Position numbers and translations under genes: made by a program. The notes beneath the pieces are model-generated. The model was given only the letters and a program-made list of their open reading frames with translations. It had not been told where the DNA came from and did not search any database. A stretch of 64,000 nucleotides of DNA, taken from the NCBI GenBank assembly GCA_963696385.1, contig CAVOKF010000004.1:320001-384000 (forward strand), written 5' to 3'. Below, in pieces: positions 33,605 to 42,499 of the stretch. Position 1 is the stretch's first letter. The number at the start of each line of letters is the position of its first letter. This DNA comes from an uncultured delta proteobacterium. Its GTDB lineage: Bacteria > Myxococcota_A > Polyangia > Polyangiales > Polyangiaceae.

Positions 33605-36085
33605 TCACGCGGTCGAGCGAGGGGATTGCATCCTCGCCGCCCGCGCCTGCGCAACCCATTCGACGAACGCCGGCATGACCACGACGGCCGTCGAGAGGCA
33701 GGATATTTCGCCCAACACGGCGAGCAATCCAAAATAAAATAGCGCGCGGTTCTCTGCGAGGAGCAGCGACGAATACCCGATGACGGTCGTCATCGAGCAG
33801 AGCGTCACCGCCCCTCCCGTCGTGCGAACGGCGTCGGCCATCGAATGTCCCCTGTCGAGGGTCCAGCGGCTCGCTACGTTCACGGAATAATCGACGCCGA
33901 TCCCGAACGTAATCGGGAAAGCGATGAAGTTGGCAAAATTGACTTTGATGCGCAAAAGCATCATTGCTGCGGTCAACCAAAGGACGCCGAGCAAGAGGGA
34001 ACCGGCGACGAGCATCGTGGTTCGGCTTCTTCGCAACAGCGCGATGACGACGACGACGACACCGAAGAACGCCACCGCGCTTGCCAGCATGCCGTCGCGG
34101 CGAAGCGAATCCAAGATGTCCGCCGACAGCGCGAGCGATCCCGCGACGCGGGCCGCTCGACCCGGTACCGACGCTGCGGTCGCGCGCAGTCGAGACACGA
34201 AATCGATCAGCCGCGGTCCGAGCCACAGCGCCCGCCCCGGTCGCGGGTAAACCAGAACCGTTTTTCCGACCGTCCCGTCCCGCTCTCGAAGGCCCGCCAT
34301 GAGGGTGTCGGGCACGGTGTCAGCGCCGATCGGAGTCAAGGGGGCAGCCCCGAACCATCGCTCGACCAGCTTGCGCTGGTCGGCGGACAGCGAGGCGCGC
34401 ACTCGGGGCGTGAGGTCGTCCTGAATCTGCGCGGCCATCTCCATCTTCGGAGGTTGGCCGCCCGGGACGACATCATCGAGTGTCCGCACGCTCGCAACCA
34501 TCGAGTCGAGCGGAGGCTCCTTCTCCTGGGCCTTGAGCCGCCGGCCGATGGCCTCCGCCTGGGCGGCGTCGTCTGCGAGCACGACCGTGGGCGTGACGTA
34601 CGTGTTCAGCAGCGCGTCCATGCGTCGGCCCCAATAACCCTCGCCGGTCCGCCAGGTGTCCGCGCGCCGAAGCTTCGAAAAGTCCGTCTCGACCTGGTCG
34701 GGGCCGAACGAGCGCACCTCCCAAACCGACAGCGCGGCCAGAGCACACGCGGCTAGGACGACCGGCTTGCGGTTGCGGCAGGTCCACGCCGCGATCCCGT
34801 TCATGATCGCGCTCTGCTTCGGGGGGACGGGGCCCCGATCGACCCACGCGGCGAGCGGAGGCATCAGCAGAAACGCCAGAAGCCACGACAGCAGCATGCC
34901 GACGCCGCCAATGAATCCGAACTGTCGAAATCCCCGAAAATCCGTAAGCGCCAGCGACGCGTAGGACACGCCGGCGGCGAGCGCGGCCGAAAGGGTGCCG
35001 GTTCGAGACCCCCACACCGCCAAAACGAGCGACTCGCGAACGTCGATGCCGAGCCGGCGCGCTTCGGCATACCGAGCGAACAGGACAATCCCGAAGTTTA
35101 TCCCGTTACCGACGATAATCGAGCCGAGAAATGCGGTATTCGAGTTGAGCTCGTCGACTCGGAACGGCGGAAGCGAAGCCAATGCGAATGCGAAGACCGT
35201 GGCCAGGAGCAACGGAGGCAAGAGCACGAGGACGCTCTTCCACCATTGGTAGTAAAAGACGATGGCTCCGATGACGAAGAGGATGACCAGAATGCTCGAC
35301 AGCGAGAGATCCGTCACGAGCGCGCTCGTCTCCTCGACGTTGATCGCGATGTCGCCGGTAAAGCCGACGCGCATCCCGGGCGCGTAGGAGTCCGGATGCA
35401 AGGCCGAGAGATCGGCCTGGACTCGATCGAAGAGTGCCTTGCCCCGGCCCCCCGTGACGAATTCGCCCGCTTGAATGAGAATGAGAGCGCAGTGCTCGTC
35501 CTTGTTCGCGAAGTGGTCGCCGTCGAAGCGACGGGATCCGGCGAACCGCGCATCGTACTTGTGCTGGATGTCGTCCAAGCCGAGCGGCGGGGCAGGCTCG
35601 TCGTCGAGCAACGAGCCGGTCTCCTTCTCCGCCTCCCAATCGCGACGCGCTTCGATGCGATCCCGGATCGTGACCAGATCGGCCATATCCATGTAGAGCG
35701 GCGCGTGGTCCTCGATGAACTTTCGCTCGACCGCGTCTCCCGTCCGCACGGCCTTCACCAGATCGGGCGGGTAACGGCGCAGGCGGGCCGCGAGATCGTC
35801 GAGCATCCGCTCGGCCGGCTGGAGATTCTCGTCGCGAGCGAAGTCGACGACGACGCCGAGGTACTGAAGGCTCGGCAGTCGTTCGCGCAATTCGTCGATG
35901 GCGCGGACGCTGGGCGCGTTGCTCGGCAGCAGCTGTTCGAGCTCGCTCCGTAACCTCGAGTAAAGCTCGGCCGTGCGCCACGTCGCGGGCACGGCCAGCA
36001 CGAGCGCAGCGGCCCACAGCCAGGCGCCCCAGCGCAGAGTCCAAAGCGTGAAAGCGCGCGCTCCGGCGGTTGGCCGCCCGATCAC
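33605..36085 (-). CDS. MMPL/RND family exporter
   Basis: Two repeats of a periplasmic loop plus TM bundle; SIIVGNGINFGI, PITFGIGVDYS, TTVIGYSSL; GTGA overlap with the pgpA stop. Confidence 0.85.
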   Translation of the reverse strand: MIGRPTAGARAFTLWTLRWGAWLWAAALVLAVPATWRTAELYSRLRSELEQLLPSNAPSVRAIDELRERLPSLQYLGVVVDFARDENLQPAERMLDDLAARLRRYPPDLVKAVRTGDAVERKFIEDHAPLYMDMADLVTIRDRIEARRDWEAEKETGSLLDDEPAPPLGLDDIQHKYDARFAGSRRFDGDHFANKDEHCALILIQAGEFVTGGRGKALFDRVQADLSALHPDSYAPGMRVGFTGDIAINVEETSALVTDLSLSSILVILFVIGAIVFYYQWWKSVLVLLPPLLLATVFAFALASLPPFRVDELNSNTAFLGSIIVGNGINFGIVLFARYAEARRLGIDVRESLVLAVWGSRTGTLSAALAAGVSYASLALTDFRGFRQFGFIGGVGMLLSWLLAFLLMPPLAAWVDRGPVPPKQSAIMNGIAAWTCRNRKPVVLAACALAALSVWEVRSFGPDQVETDFSKLRRADTWRTGEGYWGRRMDALLNTYVTPTVVLADDAAQAEAIGRRLKAQEKEPPLDSMVASVRTLDDVVPGGQPPKMEMAAQIQDDLTPRVRASLSADQRKLVERWFGAAPLTPIGADTVPDTLMAGLRERDGTVGKTVLVYPRPGRALWLGPRLIDFVSRLRATAASVPGRAARVAGSLALSADILDSLRRDGMLASAVAFFGVVVVVIALLRRSRTTMLVAGSLLLGVLWLTAAMMLLRIKVNFANFIAFPITFGIGVDYSVNVASRWTLDRGHSMADAVRTTGGAVTLCSMTTVIGYSSLLLAENRALFYFGLLAVLGEISCLSTAVVVMPAFVEWVAQARAARMQSPRSTA

Positions 36086-36552
36086 GGCAGCGCTCCGGCG
36101 GCACCCAGCACCGCAAGCACCATTGCGGCGACCGCACCCGCGGCCACGTCGTCCATCATCACGCCCCATCCGCCGGGCAGGCGCTCGAGCCATCGGATCG
36201 GGCCCGGTTTGGTCGCGTCGAGCAACCGGAACAGCAGAAAGCCAAGCCCCAGGGATCCCCATGACACGTGTTGCACCGGCACCATCGTCACGAGCATTCC
36301 CGCGACCTCGTCGATCACGATGACCTGGGGGTCTTTGACATTCAGCTCTCGAGCTACGACCGATGCCACCCAGACACCGACCAACGTCGCGGCCAGCGCC
36401 GCCGCCGCCACGCCGACGCGTCCGCCTCGAGCGGCGGCAAGGTACAGCGGAATGGCACCGATGGCTCCGGCGGTGCCGGGGGCCACGGGAGAGCAACCGC
36501 AGCCGAACCACGTGGACAGTACCCAGGCCAGCTTGCGGCCGCCGCCCCTCAT
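36082..36552 (-). CDS. pgpA: Phosphatidylglycerophosphatase A family phosphatase
   Basis: WFGCG.SPVAPGTAG, KDPQVIVIDEVAG, FRLLDATKPGPI, GGWGVMMDDVAAG; ATGA overlap with the upstream gene. Confidence 0.92.
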   Translation of the reverse strand: MRGGGRKLAWVLSTWFGCGCSPVAPGTAGAIGAIPLYLAAARGGRVGVAAAALAATLVGVWVASVVARELNVKDPQVIVIDEVAGMLVTMVPVQHVSWGSLGLGFLLFRLLDATKPGPIRWLERLPGGWGVMMDDVAAGAVAAMVLAVLGAAGALP

Positions 36553-37511
36553 GGCGAGCCGCCGCGCGCGCGCCTTTCTGGCGGAGCGGCGGCACGCGTC
36601 GCGAGGGTCGGGCGCAGGCGAATCACGCGCCCCGCGACGCCGACAATCACGACGCAGTAGGCGCTGCCTGCGACGACGTCCAACACCCAATGATGATCGA
36701 GCCAAACGGCGGAAAAGCACATCATGGCGTAGAAAAGAAGGCTCGCGATCCTCGTCGGGGCGCGGAAGACGGCCCAGCCTTCGAGCACGACGATCAAGGC
36801 ATAGGCAACGTGAAGGCTCGGCATGGCGCCGAAGACGTCGCTGGCCCGGCCGTACATGGCGTGGAAGTACGGCACCCCGATGAGCCCATCGACCCTCGCG
36901 AGATTGGGCCCCTCGCTGGCCTGCGCAAGCATGTCCACGTGGCAGCCATGCGAATGGTAATACCAGGGCGGCGCCGCAGGATAGAGATGGTAGGTGAGGA
37001 AGGCGGCGACGTTCAGCGCGAGAAAGCACCACCCGAAGCGCAGCATTCGCACGTAGTCGCGGAAATAGAGCCAAACGGCGAAGCCGATGCACACGAACAT
37101 GAACGTGGCGTACGGAACTGCGCAGAGGGCGTCGACGGCGGGGATCGATCGCGCTTGAAACCAGTCGTGCAGCGTCCCTTTCCGCCCACCGACGGTGACG
37201 CCGAAAAGTGCGATCTCGTGGGCGCGGAGGTCACACAGGTGGATGGTCTCGGGGGACAGCCCCACGTTCTCGACGACCTTCATCGTGGTGTAGAGCAGAC
37301 CCACCAGGGCGACCGGGTAGAGTCCGAGAAAGAGCCTCTTGGTCCTTGGCCCCGTCGCGAACAGCGCGGCAGCCGCGATGAGTACGGCGGCGTTCTCCCA
37401 ACGAAACGCGCCCGCCGCGGCTGCCCAGGCCCCGTGCACCGCGAACGGGAGCGGCGCGAGAATCGTCCAGCCGGGCCACAGGTCGCGAAGGTGACGCCAC
37501 AGACGCGCCAT
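36549..37511 (-). CDS. Aur1/inositol-phosphorylceramide synthase-like PAP2 phosphotransferase
   Basis: YPAAPPWY, FGAMPSLH and LDHHWVLD match Aur1/Ipt1 catalytic motifs; multiple TM helices. Confidence 0.85.
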   Translation of the reverse strand: MARLWRHLRDLWPGWTILAPLPFAVHGAWAAAAGAFRWENAAVLIAAAALFATGPRTKRLFLGLYPVALVGLLYTTMKVVENVGLSPETIHLCDLRAHEIALFGVTVGGRKGTLHDWFQARSIPAVDALCAVPYATFMFVCIGFAVWLYFRDYVRMLRFGWCFLALNVAAFLTYHLYPAAPPWYYHSHGCHVDMLAQASEGPNLARVDGLIGVPYFHAMYGRASDVFGAMPSLHVAYALIVVLEGWAVFRAPTRIASLLFYAMMCFSAVWLDHHWVLDVVAGSAYCVVIVGVAGRVIRLRPTLATRAAAPPERRARGGSP

Positions 37512-37670
37512 GTCCCGGCCTTGGCAGAACGCTAAGCTCCGCGCGGGTCGTGCGCGGAGCGGTGGGCCGCCGCAGTGCGAGTCGCCTTGCCCTGGGCAGC
37601 GTTCGAACGGCGTTCGCCCCCCACCGGCGCGCCCCGCGCGCCCCGGAGTCGGCGGGGCGGAGCAAGCGCC

Positions 37671-38984
37671 TTATTCATAGTACTCCGTGCCCAGATGGGT
37701 AATGATCTCTTCGCCCATCATCCAGCGCAGCGTATTTTTCAGCTTCGTCAGCTGAATGAAGAGATCGTGCTCGGGATAGAGACCCGGCGCGGTCATGGGG
37801 CTCTTGAAGTAGAACGACAGCCACTCCTGCGTCCCCTGAAAATCGGCGCGAGCCGCCAGGTCGAGCAGAATCGCCAGGTCGAGCACGACAGGCGCTGCGA
37901 GAATCGAATCGCGGCACAGGAAGTTGACCTTCATCTGCATCGGGTATCCAAGCCACCCGAACAGATCGATATTGTCCCAACCCTCTTTTGCGTCGCCGCG
38001 GGGCGGATAGTAGTCGATTCGAACTTTGTGTACGAAGTTGCCATACAGTTCGGGGTAGAGCTCCGGCTGCAGGATGTGCTCCAGGACACCGAGCTTCGAG
38101 ACTTCCTTGGCGCGAAAGCTGTCCGGATCGTCCAGGACCTCGCCATCGCGGTTGCCCAGGATGTTCGTGCTGTACCAGCCGTGAAGGCCCAGCATTCGCG
38201 CCTTGAAGCCCGGCGCCAGGATGGTCTTCATCAGGGTCTGACCCGTCTTGAAGTCCTTGCCGGCTATGGGTGTGTGAGTTTCCCGGGCGAGGTTCCACGC
38301 CGCCGCGAAATCCACGCAGAGATTGGGCGCGCCGTTCGCGAACGGCACGCGCTCCTTGAGACAAGCCCAGGCGTAGATCTGAGCGTTCGATATGCCCGGG
38401 TCGTTGAGCCGGAGCCCCTCCTCGAACGAGTTCACGGAGGCGTGCACGGGCCCGGCACTGAAGAACGCCTCCGTCGAGCCACACCAGACGGCGACGAGCC
38501 GCTCACAGCCTCGGTCACGCTTGAAGGTGCGAATGTCGTCTCGAACCTGCTCGACCATCTCGGCCTTCGACGTCGCGCTCTTCGTGTGCGTTCCGCTCAG
38601 GCGCTTGACGTACCCCGGATAGAAAACCCCCTTCATAGGGCGAATGCCCCGCAGTTCCTCCTTCACCTCATCCAGGTGATGGCGTTCGAGGACTTTGGCG
38701 TGCTCCGCGGCTTCGAAGGCATCGTCCGGGAAGATGTCCCAGCCGCCGAATTCGAGTTGGTCGAGCGTCGCCAACGGCGCAAAGTCCGCAATCCTGGGCG
38801 CGCGTCCCTCGGTGCGACGGCCGAGACGGATTGTGCCCATCTGCGTCAGCGAACCCACCGGCAGCGCTTTGCCGCGCCGAGCGAGCAGCGAGCCCGCGAT
38901 GGTCGTAGTAGCGACCGCGCCCATTCCGGGCAGCAGAACGCCGAGCTTACCGTCGGCGGGGCGAATGGATGTCGGCTTCTTCAT
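37671..38984 (-). CDS. ino1: myo-inositol-1(3)-phosphate synthase
   Basis: GMGAVATT, FGGWD, GKDFKTGQT, STNILGNRDG, DAKEGWD, CRDSILAAP, LSFYFKSP. Confidence 0.95.
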   Translation of the reverse strand: MKKPTSIRPADGKLGVLLPGMGAVATTTIAGSLLARRGKALPVGSLTQMGTIRLGRRTEGRAPRIADFAPLATLDQLEFGGWDIFPDDAFEAAEHAKVLERHHLDEVKEELRGIRPMKGVFYPGYVKRLSGTHTKSATSKAEMVEQVRDDIRTFKRDRGCERLVAVWCGSTEAFFSAGPVHASVNSFEEGLRLNDPGISNAQIYAWACLKERVPFANGAPNLCVDFAAAWNLARETHTPIAGKDFKTGQTLMKTILAPGFKARMLGLHGWYSTNILGNRDGEVLDDPDSFRAKEVSKLGVLEHILQPELYPELYGNFVHKVRIDYYPPRGDAKEGWDNIDLFGWLGYPMQMKVNFLCRDSILAAPVVLDLAILLDLAARADFQGTQEWLSFYFKSPMTAPGLYPEHDLFIQLTKLKNTLRWMMGEEIITHLGTEYYE

Positions 38985-39055
38985 CGTGTGGACCACGGGG
39001 TCTTCGAGTTCCGCCGCGGGCGGACCAGGCCGCCCGATGCGTGGCGCGAATGCCG

Positions 39056-39937
39056 CTAGGGTTCTCCGCCAATCCTGATGGGCCGGCCATCGTCGTTCCC
39101 CCACTCGTTCCACGAGCCGTCGTAAACTGCAACGTCCTCGCGCCCGAGCAGGCGAAGTGCGTTGAGCGGCACCGAGCAGGACACCCCGCCGTTGCAGTAA
39201 ACCACGACGTCTGCCGGGAGGTGCTCGACGTCGACGCCGGCTTCCGCGAAGACCCGGGCCAGGTCCTCGGCGGAACGGAATCGGCCCGTCGCCGGATCGA
39301 TGAGTCGAGCATAGTGCACGTTGAGGGCGCCCGGGATATGGCCTCCTCTGCCGGCCGCCGTCACCTGCCCGCTGTACTGTTCCGGAGCTCGCGCGTCAAT
39401 CAGCAGCACGTCCGGACTTCCGATGCGATTCATGACCTCGTCCGCGGTGCGGCGCAGAGCGCGGCGTGGCGACGGGGTGAAGCGAGCGGGCGGCCGTGCG
39501 ACCACGTCGCGCGACGTCGGCCGACCTTCGGCCACCCAAAGCGCCCACCCGCCATCGAGCACCCGTACCGCGTCGTGACCGTAATGGCGAAGGGCCCACG
39601 AGAGTCGGCCTGAAAACACCTGGTTATAGTCGTCGTACGCGACGACGAGAGCCTCGTCGCCGATTCCGAGCTGCCCCATCCTCGCCGCGAAACGGTCGGC
39701 TTTCGCGATCTGCACCGGGACGGGATCGCTCGTGTCGACGATGTCCTGGGTCCAATCGACGAAAATGGCGCCGGGCACGTGCGCCGCCAGATAATCGTCG
39801 CGTTTCGGCAGGTAGCGGGGCTTGCTTCCGGGTGGCAGGACTTGCCCGCGCACGTCGACCAAACAGAGCCAAGCCGCTCCAAGGTTGGCTTGCAACCAAT
39901 CGGTCGAGACGACCACGCTCGCTGCTGCACCGCTCAC
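39056..39937 (-). CDS. sseA: Tandem-rhodanese sulfurtransferase (SseA-like)
   Basis: VSTDWL, HVPGA, VLDGG, DAR, GHIPGA, YCNGGVS, YDGSWNEW. Confidence 0.88.
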   Translation of the reverse strand: MSGAAASVVVSTDWLQANLGAAWLCLVDVRGQVLPPGSKPRYLPKRDDYLAAHVPGAIFVDWTQDIVDTSDPVPVQIAKADRFAARMGQLGIGDEALVVAYDDYNQVFSGRLSWALRHYGHDAVRVLDGGWALWVAEGRPTSRDVVARPPARFTPSPRRALRRTADEVMNRIGSPDVLLIDARAPEQYSGQVTAAGRGGHIPGALNVHYARLIDPATGRFRSAEDLARVFAEAGVDVEHLPADVVVYCNGGVSCSVPLNALRLLGREDVAVYDGSWNEWGNDDGRPIRIGGEP

Positions 39938-40374
39938 GGGGCGTGCTTTTCGACCATCGCGCCGAGGCGTGGCACCGCGGATTCGACGTTCTTTTTCGCG
40001 CTTGCCCGGAGCTTGTCGTAGGTTCCTTTGACCAGCCCGCTCTTGCTTCGCTTTGCTCGTTCGTCCGTGATGCCGAGCAACGCGTCGGCGACGCGGGGAG
40101 TGTTCGCGGCGAAGTACTCGCGCACCCCCGTTCCGGCGCTCTTTGCTTCTTGGTAAATGGGGTCGAGCGCTTGCGAGAACTCGGGCAGCAAATCCGCCAC
40201 GACCTGTCGGACAAAGCCCGGTTTGACGCCTTGAATCGCCTTGTAGCCCGCTTTTATCGCGAGACCCGTCAGTCCACCCTTGTCGGCGACCTCAGCGTCG
40301 ATGAGCGCAACGCAGTCGTCGACGACGAGGATTTTCTTGGATTCCGAGGTCAGGGCTTCGACGAGGTTCGGCAT
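39934..40374 (-). CDS. Conserved hypothetical protein (DUF6918-like)
   Basis: DAEVADKGGLTGLAIKAGYKA..GVKPGF, VADALLGITD, YDKLR; GTGA overlap with sseA. Confidence 0.7.
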   Translation of the reverse strand: MPNLVEALTSESKKILVVDDCVALIDAEVADKGGLTGLAIKAGYKAIQGVKPGFVRQVVADLLPEFSQALDPIYQEAKSAGTGVREYFAANTPRVADALLGITDERAKRSKSGLVKGTYDKLRASAKKNVESAVPRLGAMVEKHAP

Positions 40375-40573
40375 CGGAGGGGGCTCTCTTTCCGACCGAG
40401 CGCTTAGCACAGCTGATGCTCCCGGGACGTGCTTGGTTCCGACAGCGCCGGTCCCGTCTCGGCAGGCCGACGCACCCGCCGGGCGGGCGGGCGCGTCGCC
40501 CGATCCTGCCGGTTTACGGTTGGGCGCGACAAAGTGCGGCCCGTTGCGGGCCGCCTGCTACGCTTCGTCGCGG

Positions 40574-42499
40574 ATGGTCCGGCGCGTCATTTGGATAGCG
40601 GGAGCCGTACTCGGCGCCGCGGTGGTCCTGTTCGCGACCGGCCGCCTGGGTTCGTTCCGATCTTCGCAACACGCGAGGGAGCCTTTGGTGTCGCCGGGCC
40701 CCGCCGTGGCGTCCGACAAGCCCATGCCTTCCGCGCCGGCGGACGAATCGCGATCGCATCCGTTCCGCGTGCCCGCCGGCCACGCCCCATCCTTGTCGTG
40801 CGACGCCGCGCGAGCAATCGTCGCGCAAGCGCGCGACCAGCTCGGCTACGTGCCGGACCCGGTGGACGCCCGTTCCCTTTCCGAGGCCGCCGCCGATTGG
40901 CTCGATCCGTATGGTCTTTGGACCGTCGCCCCGGATGCGCCCGTGTCCGACGTTTTCGACCGCCGCGCCGTCGCTCTTCTGGCCGACCTCGAGGGCCGAT
41001 CGCACGGCTGCGAGACGGCGAAAGCCATCGGCGATTCGCTCGCCGCCTGGACATCCGAGCTGCGCGCGGTGTTCGACGAAGCGAGCGCCCGGAGCCCCGT
41101 CGGGGCCGACGCGCTGGACGCAGCTTCGTCGGCCGCTTTCGAAGGCGCCACCGTGACTCGTCCGGCACGCGCATTGGCGGCGACCCTCGGCCGCCGCATC
41201 GGCATCGTCGCGCGGGCGCTCGGCGAGCGAGCGGCTCCCTACGTCGAGGCGGCGCGCGAGCGGTACTTTCCCATGCTGGACGGCGAAGGGTGGGCCCGAC
41301 TCGTTCTGGCCGCTGCGGTTCGGGCGTACGTGCCGGCCATCGATCCGCACGGGGCATGGGCTCCGATGGACGAGGAGTCGAGTGTGTATGAGGTCGATCT
41401 GGAGGCGCGGCCGCCGGGGCGGCTTTGGGAAAAAGCCGATCGCACGGCGATCGGCATCAAGATCGACTCGGGCGCCACGGCGCCTCTCGCCGACGGGGAC
41501 GTCGTCCTCTCGCTCGCCGGTGTGGCCACGGCGGGTCTCAGCTACGAGCAGATGGAGCAGCTCGGGTATGCTACGTCCGAGGCGCACCCGGCTGCGCAAG
41601 CGGTCGTTCTGCGCGAAGGAGAGCGGTTGCCTCTGACGGTTTCGCTCGAGGGTGCCGACGGCGACCCGAAGAGCGCCGCCGAAAGCGGCGACGATGCCGA
41701 TGATCTTCCGGTCGAGCGGTTCGAATACGGCGATGGGGACGCGATCGTCGTCGGCATCCACGACGTGCGCGACGATCTGGGCGATGAGCTGACGCGATCG
41801 ATTCTGCACCAACGAGAGCGCGACGGCCGTTCCATCACCGGCGTGGTCCTCGATCTCCGTGGCAATGGGGGCGGATCGACCGACGGAGCCATCGATGCGC
41901 TCGGTTTGTTTCTGCCGGGAGCGCCGTTGTTCCCCATGAAGAGGCGCGATGGATCCGTCGAAACCGATCGCGCACCAGAGCCCCCGAACGTCGACCGCTG
42001 GTCAGGCCCCGTCGCGACCCTCGTCGACGGGGACACGGCGAGCGCCGCGGAGATGCTCGCGGGCGCGCTGGCGTCCTATCGTCGTGGCCCGATGGTCGGG
42101 GCGACGACGTTCGGCAAGGGGTGTGCGCAGGAGTACCTCGACGACGACATCCGAGAAGGAGTGCTCCGGTTGACCACTCTGTTGTACGCGTTGCCCGACG
42201 GCACACCCGTGCAGCGCGTGGGGCTCACGCCGAACGTGCGCTTTCCCTTTGGCATCGACGGCAACGATCGAGAGGCGACCTTGCCCCACGCGCCGCCGCT
42301 GTGGCGCGGTCCCGACGTAAGGGACCGCTCCGTGCTCGCACACGTCGACGATGGAACTTGGACGACCGCCTGGCCGCCGAACGGTGGCAATGTCGGCCCG
42401 TGCAAGGATGCCGACGTCTGCCGATCTCTTCGGTTGCTTGGCGCGATGGCTCCCACCGCGCGCCGCACGACCCGGGGGGTCACGAACAAAGGTCGCTAG
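40574..42499 (+). CDS. S41 (tail-specific/carboxy-terminal) peptidase
   Basis: N-terminal TM/signal, IDPHG, LDLRGNGGG, TASAAE (Ser), TFGKG (Lys), GLTPNV. Confidence 0.85.
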   Translation: MVRRVIWIAGAVLGAAVVLFATGRLGSFRSSQHAREPLVSPGPAVASDKPMPSAPADESRSHPFRVPAGHAPSLSCDAARAIVAQARDQLGYVPDPVDARSLSEAAADWLDPYGLWTVAPDAPVSDVFDRRAVALLADLEGRSHGCETAKAIGDSLAAWTSELRAVFDEASARSPVGADALDAASSAAFEGATVTRPARALAATLGRRIGIVARALGERAAPYVEAARERYFPMLDGEGWARLVLAAAVRAYVPAIDPHGAWAPMDEESSVYEVDLEARPPGRLWEKADRTAIGIKIDSGATAPLADGDVVLSLAGVATAGLSYEQMEQLGYATSEAHPAAQAVVLREGERLPLTVSLEGADGDPKSAAESGDDADDLPVERFEYGDGDAIVVGIHDVRDDLGDELTRSILHQRERDGRSITGVVLDLRGNGGGSTDGAIDALGLFLPGAPLFPMKRRDGSVETDRAPEPPNVDRWSGPVATLVDGDTASAAEMLAGALASYRRGPMVGATTFGKGCAQEYLDDDIREGVLRLTTLLYALPDGTPVQRVGLTPNVRFPFGIDGNDREATLPHAPPLWRGPDVRDRSVLAHVDDGTWTTAWPPNGGNVGPCKDADVCRSLRLLGAMAPTARRTTRGVTNKGR

